A stretch of 32,000 nt of DNA from positions 810,001 through 842,000 of the forward strand of contig NZ_CP017260.1 of assembly GCF_001735745.1 (NCBI RefSeq). The letters run 5' to 3'. Made by a program: the position numbers and the translations under genes. The first letter of the stretch is position 1, and each line of letters opens with the position of its first letter. Shown in pieces: positions 1 through 7,072 of the stretch. The notes under the pieces are model-generated. The model was not told the DNA's origin, searched no databases, and worked only from the letters and a program-made list of their open reading frames with translations. Origin of the DNA: Formosa sp. Hel1_33_131 (GTDB lineage: Bacteria > Bacteroidota > Bacteroidia > Flavobacteriales > Flavobacteriaceae).

Positions 1-3000
1 ATGGCTTGCCCCTCATAGGTGCCACCGTTGTCATCTCAGGAACCTCCTCCGGAACAACAACAGATTTTGATGGCAATTACAAGATTAATGCCAACGCAGG
101 TGATGTGTTAATTTTTAGTTATGTAGGCTATAAAAACAAAGAGGCTACTGTAGGTGCATCTAATACGATTAGCTTGGCACTCGAACCTGACAATACCTTG
201 GATGAGGTGATTGTGACGGCTTTGGGAATTAAACGAGAAGAGAAAGCTTTAGGGTACTCTGTTCAAAGTTTAAAAGGAGAGGCTATGACGGAAGCTAGAG
301 AGAGTAATATCTCAAATGCATTAAGTGGTAAGATTGCTGGGGTACAAGTTACCGGAACCTCTGGTAGTGTTGGGGCTTCCTCAAGAATCGTATTGAGAGG
401 AAACTCCTCTATTACGGGTAATAACGAACCCTTATACGTAGTAGATGGTGTTCCAATTGACAACCGTAGTTTTGGAAACGCAGGTTCTTTTGGTGGAGTA
501 GATTTACCGAACGGAGCTGCAGACATCAACCCAGACGACATTGAATCTATAACAGTGCTTAAAGGTCCTAATGCCGCTGCACTATACGGATTAAGAGCAG
601 GGAACGGAGTTATTGTGATTACAACAAAAAGAGGAACTGCTGGCAAGAAATTCAGTGTTTCTGTAAATAGTAATGTTACTTTTTCAAACCCATTAATACT
701 CCCAAGCTATCAAAACTCTTATGGACAAGGTGGCGACCCGTCTTACTTTGAATATGTAAACGGTTCGAGTGGTGGTGTTGGTGATGGTGTCGATGAAAGT
801 TGGGGTCCCCCTTTGGATATTGGTTTAGAATTCATTCAGTGGAACTCTCAACTGAACGGAGATCGCCCATTACCATGGATATCTCATCCTAATAACGTAA
901 GAGATTTCTTAGATACTGGTTTAAACACTTCTCATAATGTCTCTTTATCAAATGAAGACTTACGATTATCTGTTGGTAAATCCGAAGAACAAGGGATGGT
1001 TCCAAATACTGAACTAAAAAAAGTAACTGTAGGTTTTAATGGGTCCTTAAAATTAGGGAAACGTTTGACAGCGAGTGTCTCTTTAAACTATTTCAATATT
1101 GACAGTGGAAACTTACCTATCTCAGGATACAACAACGAAAATCCATTTCAACAGTTTATATGGTCTGCAAGGCAAGTTGACTTCCAGCAACTTAGAGATT
1201 GGAGAAACTTTCCACTTGCCCCCGTAGGAACGGCTGCTGAAGGCACGCCTTTAAGCTGGAATCATAATTTCCAAAACAATCCATATTGGATTTTAGAAAC
1301 CAACCGAAACACTTATGAAAAAGACCGTCTCGTTGGAAACATAGACCTGACTTATGAATTTACAGATTGGTTAACGTTCAGTGCCAAAATAGGGTTAGAC
1401 TCATTTAATCAATTGGAAACTTCTCGACAGGCCATTGGAAGTAATAACGCTCAAAACGGAAGTTATTTTGAAGTTCAAAGACGTTTTGAAGAGCTTAATA
1501 CCACTTTTTTATTAAGCATCAATAAGGCGATTTCAGACGACATTGGATTCTCGCTAAACTTAGGAACTAATAATATGGTTCGACAGTACCACGGAACATC
1601 GGGATTCCTCCCAGGATTAGAGTTACCAAACCTATACAATCTCTCTAACCTTCAAACAGGATCAACGGCCGTATTAGGTAGTACTATTAATAACCAAAAA
1701 ATTAGCAGTGTGTATGCTTTTGGACAATTTTCTTATAAAGAAATGCTCTTTGTAGATTTCACTGCACGAAATGACTGGGCAAGTATCTTACCCGTCAAAA
1801 ACAATTCGTTCTTTTATCCTTCTGTAGCAGGATCCGTATTATTATCTAAAATATTTGATCTTTCTGCAGCAAAAATTGACTTTTTAAAAGTAAGAGGAGG
1901 TTGGTCTGAAGTAGGGAGTACTGGGGCATTACTAGAATACAATACACGTCCTACTTTTGGATTATCAAATTCTGGTTTTGGAAACCAAGCCTTTTTGCCA
2001 AATACTCAGTTCAATCCGAATCTAGTCGCCGAAAAGGTAATAGGGATTGAATATGGATTGGATGCTAAATTGTTCGCAAACCGATTGAGATTAAGTGCGA
2101 CATATTACGATCAACAAAGTGAGGATTTACTTATACCTATAGGTATACCTCCAGCAGTTGGCTTTGGAAGCTTATGGAGTAATCCTGCTTCTTTGAGCAA
2201 TAAAGGGCTTGAAATACAATTAGGCGGTACCATCATAGAAAATGAAAACTTTTCTTTTGATGTAGATTTAAACTATGCTAAAAATGATAATATGATATCT
2301 TCACTTGGTATTGTAGATTCCTATCGCCTTGGAGGTCAATGGGGACTTTCATTAGAAGCACGCCCAGGACTTCCTTACGGTTCTTTAGTGGGACGCGATT
2401 TCTCACGAACGGACAATGGACAAGTTATTTACGATAATGGAATCCCTGTAATTGATCCAGCTCAAAAAGTACTTGGAAACATTGCCCCAGATTGGACTGG
2501 AGGTGCTAATTTTAGTGTCAGATATAAAAACTTAAGTTTTGCCGCCCTTGTGGATGCTAAAGTAGGTGGAGATGTCCACAGTATGACCTACGCTTGGGGT
2601 CGTTATGCAGGAACGCTCGAAGAATCGCTGGTTGGTCGTGAAACGGGTGTCGTTGGAAACGGCGTAAAATCTAATGGAAACGGCGGTTACGTACCAAACG
2701 ATGTTGTTGTATCAGCTAAGGTATTTAACCAAAGTGCTTACAGTAATGATGTGGAGTCCAGTGCGATCTTTGACGCGAGCTATGTGAAACTAAGACAAGT
2801 CACTTTAGGATATACATTCCCTTCAAGTGTAACGAAAAAACTTCCTTTTGAATCTTTAAAAATATCATTAGTAGGAAGAAACTTAGCCTTACTTTATAAA
2901 GTAGCACCACACATTGACCCTGAAACAGGCTTCAGTAGTGCGAACGGAAATCAAGGACAGGAATTTGGCCAGTACCCTTCTGCCAGAACCATCGGTTTTA

Positions 3001-3020
3001 ACATAAACTTAAAATTCTAA
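1..3020 (+). CDS. SusC/RagA-family TonB-dependent outer-membrane transporter, 5'-truncated by the window edge
   Basis: The reading frame is open to base 3, so the TTG at 6 is an ORF-caller artefact. CarboxypepD_reg-like N-terminal segment (GATVVISGTSSGTTTDFDGNYKI). Plug-region motifs (GIKREEKALGYSVQSL, NEPLYVVDGVP). About 1000 aa, ending in ...NINLKF as in TonB-dependent barrels. A SusD-like gene starts 11 nt downstream. Confidence 0.9.
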   Translation, partial: GLPLIGATVVISGTSSGTTTDFDGNYKINANAGDVLIFSYVGYKNKEATVGASNTISLALEPDNTLDEVIVTALGIKREEKALGYSVQSLKGEAMTEARESNISNALSGKIAGVQVTGTSGSVGASSRIVLRGNSSITGNNEPLYVVDGVPIDNRSFGNAGSFGGVDLPNGAADINPDDIESITVLKGPNAAALYGLRAGNGVIVITTKRGTAGKKFSVSVNSNVTFSNPLILPSYQNSYGQGGDPSYFEYVNGSSGGVGDGVDESWGPPLDIGLEFIQWNSQLNGDRPLPWISHPNNVRDFLDTGLNTSHNVSLSNEDLRLSVGKSEEQGMVPNTELKKVTVGFNGSLKLGKRLTASVSLNYFNIDSGNLPISGYNNENPFQQFIWSARQVDFQQLRDWRNFPLAPVGTAAEGTPLSWNHNFQNNPYWILETNRNTYEKDRLVGNIDLTYEFTDWLTFSAKIGLDSFNQLETSRQAIGSNNAQNGSYFEVQRRFEELNTTFLLSINKAISDDIGFSLNLGTNNMVRQYHGTSGFLPGLELPNLYNLSNLQTGSTAVLGSTINNQKISSVYAFGQFSYKEMLFVDFTARNDWASILPVKNNSFFYPSVAGSVLLSKIFDLSAAKIDFLKVRGGWSEVGSTGALLEYNTRPTFGLSNSGFGNQAFLPNTQFNPNLVAEKVIGIEYGLDAKLFANRLRLSATYYDQQSEDLLIPIGIPPAVGFGSLWSNPASLSNKGLEIQLGGTIIENENFSFDVDLNYAKNDNMISSLGIVDSYRLGGQWGLSLEARPGLPYGSLVGRDFSRTDNGQVIYDNGIPVIDPAQKVLGNIAPDWTGGANFSVRYKNLSFAALVDAKVGGDVHSMTYAWGRYAGTLEESLVGRETGVVGNGVKSNGNGGYVPNDVVVSAKVFNQSAYSNDVESSAIFDASYVKLRQVTLGYTFPSSVTKKLPFESLKISLVGRNLALLYKVAPHIDPETGFSSANGNQGQEFGQYPSARTIGFNINLKF

Positions 3021-3031
3021 AAAAAAATATT

Positions 3032-4474
3032 ATGAAAAACATAAAAATAATACTCTATGCTTTTTTAAGTTTTGTACTCACAACAAGTTGTACAGAAGAT
3101 TATGAAAAGCTAAATGAAAACCCTAACAGATCATCCGAAATTCCAGGACACCTGCTATTGGGATATACGCAAAGGAATTTTGTAAACACCCTCTATACGA
3201 TGCAATATGGCGGAGACATGGGGGCATGTTGGGCACAACAGTGGTCCAAAGTCCAATACAACAGTGAAGCGCGGTATATACCGAGAAGAGGAAATATTAA
3301 TAACATTTGGAGGAACATCTACACCTTAACCCTTTCTGAGGCTAAAGCAATGTATGACTTGGCAGTTCTAAATGAAAACACAAACTTGCAAGGAATTGCG
3401 TTGGTCATGCAAGCAATTGGATACCAGACGCTTGCGGAGTTATACGGTCCAGTCCCATTTACAGAGGCATTAAACCTTGGAAATATTCAGCCCGCTTTTG
3501 ACGACGAAAGCGTTGTTTTTGAAGGCGTCATTCAAATGCTAACCGATGCGGCAGCTCTTTTATCTAGTGGATCTGGTGATGTGGTTGCTACTTCAGATTT
3601 ATTTTATGGGGGTGATACTAGCAAATGGCTGAAACTCACAAATACGTTAAAGTTTAGAGCGCTCATGCGAATTTCTTCCACAAGAAGTGTAGGAGCAGAA
3701 TTACAAGCCATTGTGAATTCAGGAAATTTATTTGGTGGAAACGAAGACAATGCACAACTGTCGTACTTAGCAGTATCGCCTGATGCCAACCCCATCTGGG
3801 AAACAATTGTGGACGGCTCAAGACCAGAGTACAAAGTGAGCTCTGTGTTAGTTGATTTATTAACGAGTCTTAATGACCCTCGTTTGGCAGTATATGCTTC
3901 TCCTGCAGAGTCAGATGGCGTCATTAGAGGAAAGCCCCCAGGATTTGGTCTTCAAACACCACTTCCTAACGAAGCTTTAGGCTATACCTATGCTAACATC
4001 TCAGGATTGGGGAGTTTCTACCTAAATCCAGAACTGCCAGGTGTGGTGATGTCGTATTCTCAATTAAACTTTTTAATGGCTGAAGCGGCCAATAAAGGGT
4101 ATATTTCTGGTGGCTTAGCCGCTGTAAACACTTATTACAATCAAGGAATCAGTGCTAGTTTTGAATTTAATGGCCTAAATGCAACTAACTATTTAGGACA
4201 ACCTGGTTTTGCTATCACATCACAATCTGATGGTACTGCTAAAATAGCAACCCAAGAATGGATTGCTTTATTTGGTCAAGGCTTTGAAACATTGATTGAG
4301 TGGAGACGAACAAAACTCCCCGTGTTAACGCCTGCAGCTGAAGCAGACATCAATCAAATACCATCTAGATTATATTACCCAACAAATGAACCTTCTTTGA
4401 ATAATGCAAATTATCAAGCGGCGTCTTCTAGTATTGGTGGTGACTTATTAACATCTTCTTTATTCTGGCAATAA
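3032..4474 (+). CDS. SusD/RagB-family nutrient-binding outer-membrane lipoprotein
   Basis: Lipoprotein signal ending ...LTTSC followed by acidic TEDYE. 480 aa, directly after SusC. N-terminal LNENPNR...LLLGYTQ and C-terminal IEWRRTKLP resemble the SusD-like family. A-rich start context. Confidence 0.85.
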   Translation: MKNIKIILYAFLSFVLTTSCTEDYEKLNENPNRSSEIPGHLLLGYTQRNFVNTLYTMQYGGDMGACWAQQWSKVQYNSEARYIPRRGNINNIWRNIYTLTLSEAKAMYDLAVLNENTNLQGIALVMQAIGYQTLAELYGPVPFTEALNLGNIQPAFDDESVVFEGVIQMLTDAAALLSSGSGDVVATSDLFYGGDTSKWLKLTNTLKFRALMRISSTRSVGAELQAIVNSGNLFGGNEDNAQLSYLAVSPDANPIWETIVDGSRPEYKVSSVLVDLLTSLNDPRLAVYASPAESDGVIRGKPPGFGLQTPLPNEALGYTYANISGLGSFYLNPELPGVVMSYSQLNFLMAEAANKGYISGGLAAVNTYYNQGISASFEFNGLNATNYLGQPGFAITSQSDGTAKIATQEWIALFGQGFETLIEWRRTKLPVLTPAAEADINQIPSRLYYPTNEPSLNNANYQAASSSIGGDLLTSSLFWQ

Positions 4475-4499
4475 AAAAATTAATCTAAAAAACATAACT

Positions 4500-5426
4500 A
4501 TGAAAAAAATAAAATATTTAATCCTCCCATTAATTGCAGTTTTTGCTTTCACATCCTGTATAGATGATGACAATGATGAATTAACTGGTAATAGTAAAAG
4601 GGGAGGTCTTGTTAATGTGAATAATCCATTAATTAGCTACGTTGTAGGAAGTGGCAATACTTATACAGCAAATGGTGCAATTTACCAAGGAGCCGTTCAG
4701 ACGACTTCAGTTGACATATATAACTCTTTTACAAACTCTGTTACAAAAGATGTAAGTAATCGAGTTTTACTAAAAACTATTGACATTCAAAATACAACCA
4801 TTGGAAATACTAGTAATTTTCAAGTATCTTTTGATTATGCAGAACTCATTGCAAATATTCAATTAAATGGAGCACCTTTACCTCCTGATGATGCTGGGCT
4901 TAACATAGGTGACTTCTGGATCTTAGAATATGTTTCTAAAACTTCTGAAAATAGTTCGCACAACAATTCAAGCACTACCAAAGTAGCCGTAGGAACCAGG
5001 TATGCAGGTGTTTACAATGTAGCAGAAAGTGCCTATTGGAACTCTGGAAACTTTATTGGCGGAGACTGGAACGGAACCGACAGAATCATTGAATCCGTTA
5101 ATTCATCTGTTTACAGACATGTAGGCTTAGCTTACTGGGATGATAATGAATTTTACTTCACCGTCGACAACGCTACAGGGAAAATCACAGTGTTAGATGT
5201 TGACTTAGAAGGCAATGCTCTATTACTAAATGGCTCACCAGTCATGACCTGTGAAGGTGCTGGAGGTTACGCATTTGAATCAATACCTTGTAATGCCACC
5301 ACATCTGTAGCCGTCCCTGACAACACAAATAATGGTCAAGATGAATTGAATTTTACTGTTGGATACTTTAGAGGTATAGGACAAACAAGAGAATTTTTTG
5401 AGAAATTGGTTAAAAAAGTTGATTAA
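4500..5426 (+). CDS. Surface-type lipoprotein of unknown function (SusE/F position in the locus)
   Basis: Signal plus lipobox ...AFTSC followed by IDDDNDE, an acidic stretch like the Bacteroidota lipoprotein surface-export signal. 308 aa and S/T/N-rich. No catalytic motif recognised. Confidence 0.65.
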   Translation: MKKIKYLILPLIAVFAFTSCIDDDNDELTGNSKRGGLVNVNNPLISYVVGSGNTYTANGAIYQGAVQTTSVDIYNSFTNSVTKDVSNRVLLKTIDIQNTTIGNTSNFQVSFDYAELIANIQLNGAPLPPDDAGLNIGDFWILEYVSKTSENSSHNNSSTTKVAVGTRYAGVYNVAESAYWNSGNFIGGDWNGTDRIIESVNSSVYRHVGLAYWDDNEFYFTVDNATGKITVLDVDLEGNALLLNGSPVMTCEGAGGYAFESIPCNATTSVAVPDNTNNGQDELNFTVGYFRGIGQTREFFEKLVKKVD

Positions 5427-5446
5427 TTAACACTAAAAATAAAAAT

Positions 5447-6328
5447 ATGAAAAATAAAATTTCAAAAATAGGTTTAGTAATATGTGCGATCCTTTTTGCT
5501 ACAGCATGTAGCAAAAAAGAAAATGCGACAGATTATTCTACAAATAAATTTACGAGAACAAATGTGACTTTATCATCTACTTCACCAAACAATTTTGATG
5601 AAAGTGCAATTAACAGTAATGTCGCAAGTACCTATCAAATAACAATTACAGCAACATTAGATTCGCCGCAACCAATTGAAGCAGTTATTGATTTAGCTCA
5701 AGTTGGCGGAACTGCAGATGCTAATGATTTTGAGGCAGGAACTATTCACATTCCAATAGGTGAAACGACTGGAAGTGCAACCGTGAAAATTTTAAAAACG
5801 GGTGATATTGAAGGTGAAGAAACACTATATATTGGAGGAACATCAAAAGCTAACTTTGACGTCACACCATTTTCACACAGTGTGACCATTACAAATGACC
5901 ACATCAACGACGTCCTAGATTTTACCATGGACTGGGCAGGCTCATACTCCTATAGCTTAGGAGGTGGGGCAATCGATGTAACTATAGACTATTGTTCAGC
6001 AGATTTTGACCTAATTCTATTCACTGCTGCCGGTGCTTACGTTGGCTATGTTCTTGGAACTGCTGATTGTCCTGAAGAAGATCAGTTAAGTGGTCTTGCG
6101 GATGGCAGTTACTTTCTTGTAGCAGATCTTTATGACAACCCATTTTCTGGGTTAAACACTGGGCAACCAATGCCAATTACACTAAACGTAAGTCAAGAGT
6201 ATTTCCCAGACACGGAAACAGAAATTGTTTTTAATGGATACACCACAGATACTAGTAGTGGATTACAAGCAATTGCAACATTAGATGTTGTAGGAGGTTA
6301 TAATTATACAATTATCCCGATACCTTAA
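5447..6328 (+). CDS. Lipoprotein with a Calx-beta-like N-terminal module and a pre-peptidase-C-terminal (PPC)-like C-terminal module
   Basis: Lipobox ...FATAC. Calx-beta-like pattern GGTADANDFEAGTIHIPIGETTGSATVKILKTGDIEGEETLYI. PPC-like pattern ADFDLILFTAAGAYVG...LADGSYFLVADLYDN. Domain names are by eye only. Confidence 0.55.
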   Translation: MKNKISKIGLVICAILFATACSKKENATDYSTNKFTRTNVTLSSTSPNNFDESAINSNVASTYQITITATLDSPQPIEAVIDLAQVGGTADANDFEAGTIHIPIGETTGSATVKILKTGDIEGEETLYIGGTSKANFDVTPFSHSVTITNDHINDVLDFTMDWAGSYSYSLGGGAIDVTIDYCSADFDLILFTAAGAYVGYVLGTADCPEEDQLSGLADGSYFLVADLYDNPFSGLNTGQPMPITLNVSQEYFPDTETEIVFNGYTTDTSSGLQAIATLDVVGGYNYTIIPIP

Positions 6329-6350
6329 CACCACATAATATCTTAATTCC

Positions 6351-6377
6351 AAAACCACCCAATCGGGTGGTTTTTTT
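6351..6377 (+). terminator. Rho-independent-type terminator after locus 1 (first hairpin of the tandem repeat)
   Basis: AAAACCACCC-AATC-GGGTGGTTTTTTT: a GC-rich stem followed by a T7 run, 23 nt after the stop codon at 6326-6328. Confidence 0.75.
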
Positions 6378-6487
6378 ATGCCTTAAACCCAAACCTCTCA
6401 AACTACCAACTTAAAAGCAACTGCAACAGTAGAAAAGCTTAGGGCCACTCCACTCCTAACCCCACAAAACAAACGACACATCATTCC

Positions 6488-6513
6488 AAACCACCCAATC
6501 GGGTGGTTTTTTT
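6488..6513 (+). terminator. Second copy of the terminator-like hairpin
   Basis: AAACCACCC-AATC-GGGTGGTTTTTTT, identical core to the first hairpin. Confidence 0.6.
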
Positions 6514-6623
6514 ATGCGCTAAATCGAAGCCACTCAAACTACCAACTTAAAAGCAACTGCAACAGTAGAAAAGCTTAGGGCCACTCCACTCCTAACCCCA
6601 CAAAACAAACGACACATCATTCC

Positions 6624-6649
6624 AAACCATCCAATCGGGTGGATTTTTT
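6624..6649 (+). terminator. Third, variant copy of the terminator-like hairpin
   Basis: AAACCATCCAATCGGGTGGATTTTTT. It carries C>T and T>A changes. The alternative pairing ATCCA/TGGAT is followed by T6. Confidence 0.5.
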
Positions 6650-6740
6650 ATGCGCTAAATCGAAGCCACTCAAACTACCAACTTAAAAGCAACTGCAACT
6701 CTTCCCCACCCCCATCACAAAACAAGTAATAATAGACTCT

Positions 6741-6862
6741 GAGACCGTCTAAAAAGTAGAAAATCTTTCATTCTGACTTCAGAATCTCAATTAACTAAAT
6801 TTCAGTTTTTTTTAGAATGTGAAACAAGCTCAGCTTGACAAAAAAAGACTCCGGACGGCCTC
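6741..6862 (-). repeat. Palindromic dispersed element, copy A (core inverted relative to copy B at 15375-15512)
   Basis: Closing stem GAGACCGTC (6741-6749) / GACGGCCTC (6854-6862). Internal hairpin ATTCTGA-ct-TCAGAAT (6770-6785). The reverse complement aligns to the core of copy B over ~100 nt with a few substitutions and short indels. Confidence 0.8.
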
Positions 6863-7013
6863 TTTTGATTTCAATAGAATTCTAAATGAATGTCACATAA
6901 AATAGATTGAAGTTTAGTTTACTATTTAAATAAAATAAATGAACATAACCCGCTAATATGACTATATATATCTTATAATGTTTAATTAATATTAAATATT
7001 TATAAACAAAATG

Positions 7014-7044
7014 TTGGATATTTGACTTATAATCGTCACTTTTG
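7014..7044 (+). promoter_or_regulatory. Candidate promoter of locus 2: TTG at 7014-7016 plus an imperfect -7 box CACTTTTG at 7037-7044
   Basis: One mismatch to the Bacteroidota -7 consensus TAnnTTTG. It lies 28 nt upstream of the ATG at 7073, with a TTG 20 nt upstream of the box. This is the only near-match I found in 6870-7072. Confidence 0.25.
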
Positions 7045-7072
7045 CGATGACTAATTTAAATACATAACAAAA

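Larger units (their letters stand above)
6331..6708 (+). repeat. 136-bp tandem repeat, about 2.7 units, each unit ending in a terminator-like hairpin
   Basis: The hairpin core starts at 6355, 6491 and 6627, a constant 136-nt offset. About 100 nt upstream of hairpins 2 and 3 are identical by manual alignment. The last unit matches for ~51 nt after hairpin 3 and then degenerates. Confidence 0.9.

Noticed and set aside
263-646. Antisense or out-of-frame ORFs of 60-150 aa nested in long genes. They are 263-646, 3604-3924, 5746-5928, 7486-7710, 8676-8858, 8736-8969, 10290-10505, 15511-15747, 15725-16021, 16356-16580, 17557-17781, 20573-20758, 21259-21468, 21614-21871, 24456-24668, 24964-25209, 25594-25854, 26023-26280, 27080-27532, 28903-29136, 29329-29646 and 31274-31465.
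   Set aside because: Each lies wholly inside, or straddles, a longer ORF with clear family motifs on another frame or strand. The translations are low-complexity or odd in composition and show no motifs. They are typical shadow ORFs.
6378-6386. Mini-ORFs directly after each hairpin T-run (ATG CCT TAA; ATG CGC TAA at 6514 and 6650)
   Set aside because: Two-codon ORFs are expected by chance, and no evidence suggests a regulatory leader peptide.
6331-6708. Possibility that the tandem repeat is a CRISPR array
   Set aside because: The whole 136-nt unit repeats, so there is no alternation of short repeats with unique spacers. There are no cas genes in the window.
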